A stretch of DNA of 40,361 bases, from positions 1-40,361 of the forward strand of contig DASPLK010000004.1 of the NCBI GenBank assembly GCA_035627595.1, read 5' to 3'. The notes beneath the pieces are model-generated. The model was given only the letters and a program-made list of their open reading frames with translations. It ran no database searches and was not told where the DNA came from. Below, one piece after another: positions 24,530-33,823 of the stretch (position 1 is its first letter; each line of letters opens with the position of its first letter). This DNA is from Minisyncoccota bacterium. GTDB taxonomy: Bacteria > Patescibacteriota > Minisyncoccia > Phycocordibacterales > Phycocordibacteraceae. The translations under genes were made by a program, and so were the position numbers.

Positions 24530-25636
24530 CTAGGTAAATGTATCGCGCAAGTCGTGTGCAATCATGACCGCCTGATGCTCGTATGCTTTTAGGTGTGCAA
24601 GCACGACCTCCTGCGCCGCTGTCTTAAGAGAAATTGCTAGAGCGGGATCATCGACAATACGACGCACATTTTCAACGAACGACATGACGTCGCCAACATG
24701 GCTTACGAGGACGTGTGTGTTAGGAATGAGCACATCGCTTACAATGCCGACATCTGTGGTGACAATTGGGAGTCCGGTGCGCGCAGCTTCAACAAGTGTT
24801 CGACTATAACCTTCGTACGCGCTCGTCTGCAAAAGGACGTGGGAGGCCCGCATAAGTTGCGAGACATCTGAACGCATGCCAAGGAACCGCACCCAACCCT
24901 CGATGCCGAGCGCATGCGCCTCGTTTCTTAGACTCGCTCCCTCGCTTCCCTCGCCCGCGATAATAAGTCCCGCTTCTGGATGCGTCTTTCGTAGTACTGC
25001 AAGTATATGAAGCGCATCTCGGAAGCGCTTTTCAGGTTCGAGTCGCCCGAGCACAAGTAACGTGACAGCAAATGGCGGCTCGAGTTCCGCACGCTCTGTA
25101 TCATCGTCTAACACGAGTACGGGCAACACTGAAGGCTCCTTAATACGAGCACCGAACTTCGCCATCATCGAACGCTTCACTCTTGGTGCAACTGCGCGGA
25201 TACCGTCGGCTTTTGGAAGCACGTAAGAGGCGAGCCAGAAGCGTAAATGATTGAGGAGCGCTTGGCGTGAGTATCCGTGCGTGAACCAAGGCGATAAGAA
25301 ATCGGTATGCACCTGGATGTGGAGCTTTGCAGAGGTCCCTCGAACTGCACGAAGTCCAATGTAGCCATGTTCAAAGGGGTCCTGAGCTGATACCACCTCA
25401 ATACCACACACACGAATGATCTGGCGCGCATATCGTGGCAGCAGTAATAGCGAAAGCCACTTTGACATACGTACCTCGTGGATAGTTATGAATTCGTCTG
25501 CGGTCACCTGCGTTCGATTTGAGCGCATCAGCACGTGCAGTTCGCCTATGTGTTCAGCATAGCCTTGCATACGCTGGCGCGTCGCGCTTGCGATGTCTGG
25601 AATGCTGGCGTCGCTTGAGAGAAAAAGAGCTTTCAT
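24530..25636 (-). CDS. Glycosyltransferase family 4.
   Basis: 368 aa. LLQTSAYEGYSRTLVEAARTGLPIVTTDVG. Confidence 0.8.
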   Translation of the reverse strand: MKALFLSSDASIPDIASATRQRMQGYAEHIGELHVLMRSNRTQVTADEFITIHEVRMSKWLSLLLLPRYARQIIRVCGIEVVSAQDPFEHGYIGLRAVRGTSAKLHIQVHTDFLSPWFTHGYSRQALLNHLRFWLASYVLPKADGIRAVAPRVKRSMMAKFGARIKEPSVLPVLVLDDDTERAELEPPFAVTLLVLGRLEPEKRFRDALHILAVLRKTHPEAGLIIAGEGSEGASLRNEAHALGIEGWVRFLGMRSDVSQLMRASHVLLQTSAYEGYSRTLVEAARTGLPIVTTDVGIVSDVLIPNTHVLVSHVGDVMSFVENVRRIVDDPALAISLKTAAQEVVLAHLKAYEHQAVMIAHDLRDTFT

Positions 25637-26739
25637 ATAAGTGCCTCAAAGAGTGCTTTTGTATTCCGTATAAGAAGTGCGGTACTGAACCGCTCCGTCG
25701 AACGGATAGATTCCCTCGCGAGTCCTGCCCGGAGGCCGTTGTCTGAAAGAAGGCGCGTAACAGCTGCTACAAGCGCATCAGGATCTTTTGGATCAACCAG
25801 AAGCCCATTTACATTGTCTTCTATAAGCTCTGCGTTACCGCCTACCCTGCTTGCAACGACTGGTCTTCCCAAGGAGAGCGCTTCTATTAAGAGATGTGAC
25901 AAACCCTCGTATGTGGAGTTTAAAACGAATACGTCGCCATCAGCTATAGTTGCCAGCGTATTTGCATGCGTGAGCGCCCCCGTGAACGTGTAATTGTCCG
26001 CAAGACGTACGGCGGCATATCGCATGAGCGCTTCCTCATCCGGGCCTGATCCGACAATGACGAGACTTACATGAGGAAACGAAGCACGAAGGTCTACAAC
26101 GGCATCTATGACGCTTCCTATTCCCTTCCACGGTACAAGTCGTCCGGCAGTTATGATACGCGGACGCGGAAGCACGGCAGTCTCCTCGGGTAGCACGCCC
26201 AGTTCACCGAGTTCTACTGCGTTATATATAATCGCAATCCGCTCCTCAGGCACCTTCCATGTTCGGACAATACCTTTGAGGTATTGGCTCGGCACGATGA
26301 CCGCGTCCGCCATGCGCGCAACGTGCGATTGCGTAGTCCGTAGCAGGACGAGCATAGGATGCACCGCTCGCTCATACAAAAAATCATCGAGCGATGTACG
26401 TATACCAAAACGCTGCCTTCCCTGCTCCCATGCGTAGTCGCCAACGACTTTGACAACGAATCGTGCACGACGCATACGTGCTGCAATAAGGGCCGGCAGC
26501 CCGGTCGAGACCGGATCGAGCGCGAGAACAAGATCAGCACCCTCAGCTGCCTTATATACGCGCATTAAGTAAATGATATGCCGCACGATCTTCGGATAGG
26601 TTCGGACGCCTGAAAACGAGATGAGCGCTACCTCGATACCTTCAGCTGGGAGTAACTCCTCTAGGAGTCTTGCGTAAGTCGCCGGGCCTCCTAAATCAGG
26701 TGGGTACAATGGAGTGGCGATACAGACTTTCATAGCCAT
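25633..26739 (-). CDS. Glycosyltransferase family 4.
   Basis: 368 aa. VLNSTYEGLSHLLIEALSLGRPVVASRVGGNAELIEDNVNGLLV. There is a 4-nt start/stop overlap with the next gene. Confidence 0.85.
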   Translation of the reverse strand: MAMKVCIATPLYPPDLGGPATYARLLEELLPAEGIEVALISFSGVRTYPKIVRHIIYLMRVYKAAEGADLVLALDPVSTGLPALIAARMRRARFVVKVVGDYAWEQGRQRFGIRTSLDDFLYERAVHPMLVLLRTTQSHVARMADAVIVPSQYLKGIVRTWKVPEERIAIIYNAVELGELGVLPEETAVLPRPRIITAGRLVPWKGIGSVIDAVVDLRASFPHVSLVIVGSGPDEEALMRYAAVRLADNYTFTGALTHANTLATIADGDVFVLNSTYEGLSHLLIEALSLGRPVVASRVGGNAELIEDNVNGLLVDPKDPDALVAAVTRLLSDNGLRAGLARESIRSTERFSTALLIRNTKALFEALI

Positions 26740-27941
26740 TATTTTACTAGATTGAGGAAGATCAGGCGCATCTTCGTAGCGATATGGTCCCAGTCATATG
26801 TATCCATGACTAGACGTCTCGCATTTTCAATTATGTTCCTTCGCTCATCCTCGTTCGAAAGTATGTAGGAGACAGCTTCTGCGATATCTTTCGGGGTCTC
26901 GGGTTGTATAGCCCACCCGGTAGGTTCATGCTCTGCGTCTAGACGCTTATCAAACAAAAAGTCACTTATGCCTCCAACCTGCGTTGCAATCACAGGCACG
27001 CCCGCAGCCATGGCCTCTATAAACGAATTGCCCATACCTTCAGAACGAGAAGGCCTGATGAATATGTCGCACGCGGCAAGCGTGGCGGGCAGTGCTTTAT
27101 GTGAGATCTGTCCCATGAACCTGACGCGTGATGCGACATGGAGCTCTTCCGCAAGCATACGCAAATGTCTCTCTTCCGGACCATCTCCGTATATGAGAAA
27201 GGTTGTATGGTCAGGCAGGTGAGGCATCGCTCTGATTACTGTATCGATCCCATTTTTATGTACTAGTCTTGAGGTTGTGACGAGAAACACATCGCTGTCC
27301 GCTTTTCCTAACGCGCGCCGTGCCTGCTCAACCTCCTTAGGAGGTGGTACTGTGAAGCGGCTAACGTCTACGCCGTTAGGCACGATCTGCAGCATACCTT
27401 TGAATCCAAACTTTGCTGCCCACGTTCCAAGGAACGTCGATATTGCCTGCACAGTAGATGCATGCGAAAAACCGTACCGCAGAAGTGGGAGTACAAAACG
27501 AATATGCCAGCGAGAAAAGACATGCTCGAACGGATCGCCCTCTTGAAGGGTTATGAGGTACGGGATGCGCTTACCTGCCATACGCATGAGCACGATAGGA
27601 AACACCATATATGACATCATTGCCCACGCACCATTGAACGGATGCCTGCGATGGAGCTCAAGAGCTTTCAGGGCTGCGAGCGGGATATACGCGATCTTAC
27701 CGAGGTAAGCAAGCGCATTAAAACTGTCCGCGACTGTTGCCCCGCGTTTGCCGATACCAATACGATGCACAATCACATTTCCTATACGCTCTGTCTCAGA
27801 TAACTCAGAATTGAAACGGTATGCAATGAGATGGAACTCTATCTCATCACTGCTGATGCGGTTTGTTATCTCTCGTATGGCAACCTCCGCGCCCCCAACG
27901 AATGGGTAGTAGTTGAGTGAAAAGACGACAATGCGCTTCAT
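26739..27941 (-). CDS. Glycosyltransferase family 4.
   Basis: 400 aa. IRPSRSEGMGNSFIEAMAAGVPVIATQVGGISDFL. Confidence 0.85.
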   Translation of the reverse strand: MKRIVVFSLNYYPFVGGAEVAIREITNRISSDEIEFHLIAYRFNSELSETERIGNVIVHRIGIGKRGATVADSFNALAYLGKIAYIPLAALKALELHRRHPFNGAWAMMSYMVFPIVLMRMAGKRIPYLITLQEGDPFEHVFSRWHIRFVLPLLRYGFSHASTVQAISTFLGTWAAKFGFKGMLQIVPNGVDVSRFTVPPPKEVEQARRALGKADSDVFLVTTSRLVHKNGIDTVIRAMPHLPDHTTFLIYGDGPEERHLRMLAEELHVASRVRFMGQISHKALPATLAACDIFIRPSRSEGMGNSFIEAMAAGVPVIATQVGGISDFLFDKRLDAEHEPTGWAIQPETPKDIAEAVSYILSNEDERRNIIENARRLVMDTYDWDHIATKMRLIFLNLVK

Positions 27942-28789
27942 GCAGTTTTGAGCGAATCAATGTACTCGGGCAACGATCGCTTGGCACTCCATCCAAGCGC
28001 TCTGGATTTTGTTGTATCGAGTACCGCAGACATGCGATTCCCCATCCGCTCAGGGCACATCTCAATGGGCGCTCCAAACATTTTTGCCACTTCGAGAATG
28101 GAGTAGCTCTCCTCAGCGCCAAGTCCGAACTCGTCACCCTCCCCCTTCTCTCCCACTAGCAGAAGGCCGTCCGTGATGTCGTCGATATGCGTAAAGATGC
28201 GCTGCTGAGTACCCGGCGCCGTTACGGTGAGTGAATTCCCCTCTGCACATTGCCGCGCAAACCGGGCGATAACGGTCGCATACTTTCCCTCTGCAAGTTC
28301 TCCCGGTCCATAGACGTTGTAGAAATAAGTGATCGCAAATGGCAGGCCGTACCAGGTACCATAGTTTCGTACAAGCTCTGTATTGGTGGCTTTAGTAAAA
28401 GCATAAGGACTCTGGTCTCGACCAAGGCCACCATCAGCAAACTTCGTTGAGGAACCTGCGTATATGATTCGAGTGTCACGCTTCCTGCAATACTCGAGGA
28501 CCGCGAATGTACCTGCGGCGTTCAGGTCCCATGTTAAATCAGGCTCGAGGACGCTCTGTTCAGGACGCGAGTATTCTCCGAGATGATATACGAGGTCAAC
28601 ATGGCCCGGTACGAGAGTCTCGATATCCTTAGTATGCCCAACCCTATACTCAACGCCCTCGACATGATTATCTTTACGTCCAGTAAAGTAGTTATCAAGC
28701 GATATGACCGCATGGCCCTCTTCCTTGAGTCGCCTACATAAATGGGAGCCGATGAATCCGGCTCCTCCGGTCACGAGTATGGTCTTCAT
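27938..28789 (-). CDS. NAD-dependent epimerase/dehydratase (extended SDR, UDP-glucuronate-decarboxylase-like N-terminus).
   Basis: MKTILVTGGAGFIGSHLCRRL...LDNYFTGRKDN and YAFTKAT (YxxxK). ATG 28789 is chosen because the 16 codons upstream are not SDR-like. Confidence 0.85.
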   Translation of the reverse strand: MKTILVTGGAGFIGSHLCRRLKEEGHAVISLDNYFTGRKDNHVEGVEYRVGHTKDIETLVPGHVDLVYHLGEYSRPEQSVLEPDLTWDLNAAGTFAVLEYCRKRDTRIIYAGSSTKFADGGLGRDQSPYAFTKATNTELVRNYGTWYGLPFAITYFYNVYGPGELAEGKYATVIARFARQCAEGNSLTVTAPGTQQRIFTHIDDITDGLLLVGEKGEGDEFGLGAEESYSILEVAKMFGAPIEMCPERMGNRMSAVLDTTKSRALGWSAKRSLPEYIDSLKTA

Positions 28790-28793
28790 GATC

Positions 28794-30158
28794 TCAGCGT
28801 ACGACAAGTGCTGCACTACAGGCAAGCAAATTCCCAAACAGGCATAAAAGCCAGGTGGGTGTGTTTGAGGAGACCAATGCCGCCCCCACTGCAGCTTGTT
28901 GAGCAGCTGCAGTGGGGGCTTCTATGACCTCTTCATATGACTGCGTTGCGACAGGTGCTAGTAAATCGACCATTCTCATCTCTTGTATACCGCCTGTGCG
29001 GACTATAGGTTTCTGAGCCGCTATAGGCGTCGCGTTCATTTCCTCTACAATGGCCGGTTCAGCGACCGCTACCGTCTCCCCTTTCGGGAACAAAAGCGAT
29101 ATCGGCGTACCCGTTGCGAGTCCTGTCACCTCTGTAGCGAACACGACCGAACTTCCCGGCCAGAGCGCGGTATCGTCTGGGAACACGAAAGCACCCTCTC
29201 CTGCTGCTAGTTGCCACTGTGACAGATCAACGAGACGTTGCCCAATATTGGTAACTCGTATTCCGGCTGTTTCTGTCGCCACATCTATCGCCGCGTTCTC
29301 CACGACGACTTTGAGCGTGCGCAACACCTCTGCCTCTTTATGCGTAGCGCGAACGATGAGCGCGTATTCTCCGGGAGCACGGTACGCGTGTTCGACCGCT
29401 TTGCCTTCCGCGCGTGTGCCGTCCCCAAAGCTCCACGTGACCTTAGCGTCCTCAATTGCACGCTCGTTTTTGCTGTATATGACAGCCGTATAAGGAGTAG
29501 GTACTTGCGCGAGCACAATGCGATCGTTACCCGCATCTATTGAAATGGTACGTCGAGGGCTCTGTACGTGCGAACTCGTCGATGGAGCCGTACCCCCTAC
29601 GGTAACGACCGGCGTTGTTGTGCCGGTCTCATCCTCTTCTTCGTCATCTGCTTCATCTTCGTTTCCACCAATTATGTTTACTGCTCGCGGTGTGGGCGTA
29701 CCTGTCGACCACAAAGAGCCGTTCCGCTGTGGTGTCGCTTTCGTACTGTTATTGCCGCCGATGTTCTTCCAGTCTGTACCCCCAACGACCGTGTCTATTG
29801 CGGCCCCGGACGAGTCCGTAAGTGTAAGCGTGCTGCCATCGTTACTTAATGCGCCCGTGTAGACCTTGTCCGCCTGTATATCCGGTACGGTGGCATCGTC
29901 CGTGCGTTCAAGTAGATAGTACCCGCCGGCGGCGATAGAGCCCGTGAGCGTAATGTTAGGCGCCGTGCCCGAAGATGTAATGGTCCAGCCAGAAAGCGAA
30001 ACTTCCTCCGTTCCGTCATTGTAGAGTTCTATCCATTCATCGGTATCGCTTACCGACGTGCCCATCCACGCTATCTCGCTGATGACGACCCCTGCGTGCG
30101 CTGCGCTTGGCGCAATTAGTGTCGACAGCACGAGTAGCGAGATGAGTCGGTTAGACAT
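28794..30158 (-). CDS. Secreted, C-terminally membrane-anchored protein: signal peptide, lamin-tail domain (LTD), acidic linker, PKD domain, second LTD-like domain, C-terminal TM helix.
   Basis: Start at MSNRLISLLVLSTLIAPSAAHA (ATG 30158). LTD pattern VVISEIAWMGTSVSDTDEWIELYNDGTEEVSLSGWTI. PKD pattern VTWSFGDGTRAEGKAVEHAYRAPGEYALIVRA. C-terminal helix TWLLCLFGNLLACSAALVV. The sequence ATGTCTAA gives an 8-nt overlap with the upstream stop. Confidence 0.8.
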   Translation of the reverse strand: MSNRLISLLVLSTLIAPSAAHAGVVISEIAWMGTSVSDTDEWIELYNDGTEEVSLSGWTITSSGTAPNITLTGSIAAGGYYLLERTDDATVPDIQADKVYTGALSNDGSTLTLTDSSGAAIDTVVGGTDWKNIGGNNSTKATPQRNGSLWSTGTPTPRAVNIIGGNEDEADDEEEDETGTTTPVVTVGGTAPSTSSHVQSPRRTISIDAGNDRIVLAQVPTPYTAVIYSKNERAIEDAKVTWSFGDGTRAEGKAVEHAYRAPGEYALIVRATHKEAEVLRTLKVVVENAAIDVATETAGIRVTNIGQRLVDLSQWQLAAGEGAFVFPDDTALWPGSSVVFATEVTGLATGTPISLLFPKGETVAVAEPAIVEEMNATPIAAQKPIVRTGGIQEMRMVDLLAPVATQSYEEVIEAPTAAAQQAAVGAALVSSNTPTWLLCLFGNLLACSAALVVR

Positions 30159-31866
30159 TGTCCTTGAAGATGGCGCGCAGCGTATCCTCGGGAACTTCAA
30201 ATGGTTGTGGTCCCTCTTGCCGCGGCGCTGACTCTCTGCGCTCTTGTCTTTGCTCAGAGCGCGGAAGCTCCTTATTTCGCGGATGCGCTGGAAGCTCTTT
30301 GGCACGCGGACGTTCCGGTAGCTCTGTCCCCTGGATGACCTCTTTGAGTGCAGTCTTAATGCCTGACTGATGCTTTTTTTCCTCTCCCTGCTTCTCCCTT
30401 TTCGCGCCTTCAGACATGCTGCGAAGTATTGCCTTCAAATCATCGGCACTTTTTGGAGTTGGTTCTGGCCGCTTAGGCGCGGGTTCTGCGCGCGGCGGTA
30501 CATCGCGCCTAGGCGCAGGCTTCTTCTGTCCGTCCCAACGCTTCTTCTCTGCAGGCGGCTCAGGCGGAATGTCCGCGGTCGCGGCCAGCTCTGAGAATAT
30601 AAGCCCCTCAACGGTCTCGCGCGGCGTCGCGAACTGGCGTCGTGAAGACTCTAGGACCTCGTTCCGGAACGTGCGTGCAGGCGCTTCGATAGGCGGTATG
30701 GTGACTGCGGAGAACGGGCGGGAGCCAACGCCATCGATCATAAGGGAGAGATAGATCTGCGTCTTGCCGAGGTTCACAATATCCTCCTTCATAAATTCCG
30801 GGGAGAAAACTGTCTCGAGCACCTCTGCATCGAACGGACCGACGCGGAACGAGACCGTGCTGCCGACGTTGCCGAACACAGCAGCACGCACCTCCTCCTC
30901 CATCTGCTCCACGTACTGGTGCGCGATGATCAGATTTAGCTTGTACTTGCGGGCCTCAGAAAGGATCTCAGCGAACGTCTCGTTCGCGAAGTTCTGGAAC
31001 TCGTCCACATAGAAATAGAAGTTTGGAAGCTTTGCGATATCGTGCGCCGAAAGGTCGGCACGGCTCATCGCCGCAAGGAAGATGCGCGTCGTAATCATAG
31101 AACCGAGGAGCTTCATGTTCGTATCGCCAACGAGACCCTTGGAGAGATTGATCAGAATAATCTTCTTCTGGTCCATCGCTTCGCGTATATCGAAGGAAGA
31201 CTTCGGCTGGCCGATAATATTGCGGATGAGGGGGTTTGAGGTGAACTGGCCGATCTTATTCTGGATTGCAGGGGTCGCTTCCTGCGTGTAGCGATCGGTA
31301 TACGTCGCGAACTCCTTTACCCAGAAGTCCTTTACCAAGGGGTCCTTCACATTCTCAACCACCTTCTTGCGGTACGCCTTGTCGGTATACATGCGGTTCA
31401 CGCCCATCAGTGTTGCGTCCGGATACTCAAGAAGCGCGAGGAGTGTGTTGGAGAGGATGTACTCCATGCGGGCGCTCCACGCATCCACCCAGATCTTTTT
31501 GAAGGTCGCCATGAGGCCCGAAACCACGAGGTGTCGCTTGTCGTACCCGACGTCCTCCATGACGTTGAACGCGACCGGGTTCTCCATATCAAACGGCGCG
31601 AAATAGACAACGTCCTGGATGCGGTTCTCCGGTATGTACTCAAGGAGTGCGTCCACCGCACTTCCGTGTGGGTCGATGAATGCAAGACCTTCCCCGTTCC
31701 GGATGTCCTGGATGGCCATGTTCTCGAGGAGGGTCGACTTACCCATACCCGTCTTCCCGATGACGTACATGTGGCGGTCGCGGTCGCGACTTTTAATGCC
31801 GAACGGCACGCGCTTACCGCGGGAATCGGTTGCTGCAAAGTACGTGATCCGATCCGGATTATCCAT
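30151..31866 (-). CDS. Soluble TraD/VirD4/TrwB-family (type IV coupling-protein-like) P-loop NTPase with a charged, Pro-rich, presumably disordered C-terminal tail of about 170 aa.
   Basis: 571 aa. Walker A VIGKTGMGKST and Walker B FYFYVDEFQNF, plus IIAHQY. No N-terminal TM helices. The tail contains KELP repeats (ELPERPRAKELPAHPRNKELPRSEQ). Confidence 0.7.
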   Translation of the reverse strand: MDNPDRITYFAATDSRGKRVPFGIKSRDRDRHMYVIGKTGMGKSTLLENMAIQDIRNGEGLAFIDPHGSAVDALLEYIPENRIQDVVYFAPFDMENPVAFNVMEDVGYDKRHLVVSGLMATFKKIWVDAWSARMEYILSNTLLALLEYPDATLMGVNRMYTDKAYRKKVVENVKDPLVKDFWVKEFATYTDRYTQEATPAIQNKIGQFTSNPLIRNIIGQPKSSFDIREAMDQKKIILINLSKGLVGDTNMKLLGSMITTRIFLAAMSRADLSAHDIAKLPNFYFYVDEFQNFANETFAEILSEARKYKLNLIIAHQYVEQMEEEVRAAVFGNVGSTVSFRVGPFDAEVLETVFSPEFMKEDIVNLGKTQIYLSLMIDGVGSRPFSAVTIPPIEAPARTFRNEVLESSRRQFATPRETVEGLIFSELAATADIPPEPPAEKKRWDGQKKPAPRRDVPPRAEPAPKRPEPTPKSADDLKAILRSMSEGAKREKQGEEKKHQSGIKTALKEVIQGTELPERPRAKELPAHPRNKELPRSEQRQERRESAPRQEGPQPFEVPEDTLRAIFKDNV

Positions 31867-31872
31867 GGCGGT

Positions 31873-31878
31873 ATTATA
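31873..31878 (-). promoter_or_regulatory. Consensus -10 TATAAT exactly 6 nt upstream of ATG 31866.
   Basis: The coding strand reads AGGAGGG-TATAAT-ACCGCC-ATG. Confidence 0.4.
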
Positions 31879-31892
31879 CCCTCCTAATGAGG

Positions 31893-32531
31893 CTACGGCG
31901 CGGTCGCTTCAAAAAAAAGGTCGAATGCAAATTCTTGCGGAAAGCGCTCGGCAAGTTTGCCGAGGCGGCCAGCACCGATGACTCGTACATCGGTAAATCG
32001 AGCTTCGAGAAGTCCGGTAAGTTCGCGTACGGTGAAATGATTAATGTGCGTTGGGTCCATAAGTGGCGTGTGCTGTTTGCTCGCCATGAGATAACGAGCG
32101 CGATTACGTAATGAAAAAGCGTTCGGGACCGTTCCCAGAACGGTGCCTCCTGGCTTGAGGACCTCTGCTATCTTGCGGAAGACTTCATCCGGGTAGTAGA
32201 GATGCTCGACGACCTCTGCGGCGACCACATGATCGAAGGACCGCGGTTCGATGTTCCAGGGCCCATTTAAATCAACTTGGATTGTCTCTATACCAAGCTT
32301 CTTAGCAATTTCGAGCGCTCCTGCGTCTATATCAAGCCCGCAAACGCTCCCTGCCTTCCCCACGTATTCTGCTGTAAGACCTCCATCCCTGCAGCCTATG
32401 TCGAGCACTTTGCTGCCATCGCGCACCCGTGACCTAATGAAGCCACCTCTTTCCTCCTGCATGAGCACGAACCCTCTGCCTCGAACTTTCTCATGATGAC
32501 TGGTGTAGATGGATTCAAGTGGAGTGTTCAT
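31893..32531 (-). CDS. Class I SAM-dependent methyltransferase.
   Basis: 212 aa. Motif I VLDIGCRDGG, then VVAAEVVEHL and LKPGGTVLGTVPN. Confidence 0.85.
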   Translation of the reverse strand: MNTPLESIYTSHHEKVRGRGFVLMQEERGGFIRSRVRDGSKVLDIGCRDGGLTAEYVGKAGSVCGLDIDAGALEIAKKLGIETIQVDLNGPWNIEPRSFDHVVAAEVVEHLYYPDEVFRKIAEVLKPGGTVLGTVPNAFSLRNRARYLMASKQHTPLMDPTHINHFTVRELTGLLEARFTDVRVIGAGRLGKLAERFPQEFAFDLFFEATAP

Positions 32532-32533
32532 GA

Positions 32534-33619
32534 CTATTGATACTGTATAAACATCGGTCTCGGCGAGAGCTTTAGGAGATCGCTTGGCGTCAGCAGGCGC
32601 TCTGAGGGCGGCTTAAGGTCGTTCTTGTAGAAGATCTTGAACCCGGTGAACTGAACCGGCTCTGGGACGATGAACTGCTGATACGTGTTGAGCTTTTTTG
32701 CGGGAGGTCCCCAGCCATCCATGTCCATGACAATCTGCACTTCCGGCAGTGGCTTTATGTCCTGATAGTTGGTGACCATGCGCTGGGTGAATCTATGGAC
32801 AACAATGACCTTTGGGGGCAAGTTGTGCTCCCGCACGAACTTCGCGAGGTAGTCGGCAGCATAGTTAATATGCCGTGCATCGTAGGACCCAATCACATGA
32901 CCCGGCGGATCTTCGCCAATCATATGGAACTCAGGATCGAGCCCGAGATGTACGTTCGGCATCGCCCAGTATTTATCCAAAAGCGGCAATTCCTTTTCCA
33001 GGGTCGAGAAGCCGATTTGAATATCAAGAATCACGATTGCATCTATCTTCTTTGCAATCTCAACTGCTTTATCAATCTCGGAGTCCGGCATGCGAAGCAT
33101 GTAGTTCCCTTCTCGTCCGGGCAGCTCTTGCGCAGTGATGGCGATGTAGTTAATCGCTGGGACGGTGGGTGTTGAGGGATCGGCCGCCTCCCACTTCTGC
33201 TGTTCGCCCTTGAGCATCTGCAGCATTTGCGCTTCAGGGTACTCGCCAAGGACACCCATTTTAGTCGAGTAGAAGTTGCCGTAGTACGCGATGATGCGCT
33301 TGAACGGAAGAATGGCGCCCGGCAATGGATATGCGGTCTTTACCGGCCACAGACTCGGAGATGTAGAAGAGGTCGATGTTGCAAGGTTCGCCATCTCAAG
33401 CATCTTCCGATCATAGAGTGCCGAATCGAACTTGGGCGGCTCTTCTTTCTTTGCAAAAAGACCGGTAGAGGTTGCAACGGGCGCACCACGCTCGTAGGAT
33501 GTCGCAAACACGTGCGGAATCACTACGAGTCCCAGTGCAAGCAGGAGGAAGAGCGTCGCGAATCCGATAATGATATCCTTCGAAACCTTTGGCTCGCCCT
33601 TATGCTTCTGGCGCTTCAT
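32534..33619 (-). CDS. Conserved-looking hypothetical protein with an N-terminal membrane anchor.
   Basis: 361 aa. The TM segment IIIGFATLFLLLALGLVVIPHVF is followed by a soluble domain (YYGNFYSTKMGVLGEY, HLGLDPEFHM, VIVVHRFT). I cannot name a family. Confidence 0.65.
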   Translation of the reverse strand: MKRQKHKGEPKVSKDIIIGFATLFLLLALGLVVIPHVFATSYERGAPVATSTGLFAKKEEPPKFDSALYDRKMLEMANLATSTSSTSPSLWPVKTAYPLPGAILPFKRIIAYYGNFYSTKMGVLGEYPEAQMLQMLKGEQQKWEAADPSTPTVPAINYIAITAQELPGREGNYMLRMPDSEIDKAVEIAKKIDAIVILDIQIGFSTLEKELPLLDKYWAMPNVHLGLDPEFHMIGEDPPGHVIGSYDARHINYAADYLAKFVREHNLPPKVIVVHRFTQRMVTNYQDIKPLPEVQIVMDMDGWGPPAKKLNTYQQFIVPEPVQFTGFKIFYKNDLKPPSERLLTPSDLLKLSPRPMFIQYQ

Positions 33620-33809
33620 ATGGGGGCGGTGCCACAGGCTCCACGCGAGACGATTCTGCGGAACGCTTCTTACGGAGCGTTACACCGATCACGACCACTC
33701 CTGCAGAGAGCACGGGAATAATGACCATGATCCATGAGTACGGGAGTCCGAGGAACGGAGTGATCGCGAGAAGTATACCGAGGGCGATGAGCAGGCTTTC
33801 ACGTGTCAT
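33600..33809 (-). CDS. Small two-helix membrane protein.
   Basis: 69 aa with an ATG start. Two hydrophobic segments (LLIALGILLAITPFLGL, IMVIIPVLSAGVVVIGV) are followed by a basic tail. There is a 20-nt overlap with the next gene. Confidence 0.5.
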   Translation of the reverse strand: MTRESLLIALGILLAITPFLGLPYSWIMVIIPVLSAGVVVIGVTLRKKRSAESSRVEPVAPPPYEAPEA

Positions 33810-33823
33810 TACCTAGAAGTGTA

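Noticed and set aside
30159-30305. 49-codon N-terminal extension of the LTD/PKD ORF (track start 30305).
   Set aside because: The extension overlaps the C-terminal tail of the ATPase in another frame and is Arg/Ser-rich junk. The internal ATG at 30158 is followed immediately by a textbook signal peptide.
31879-31885. A perfect AGGAGG upstream of the ATPase gene, as a possible Shine-Dalgarno site.
   Set aside because: It lies 13 nt from the ATG, which is too far for SD function, and it overlaps the position just upstream of the TATAAT hexamer. No comparable motif is seen before the other genes.
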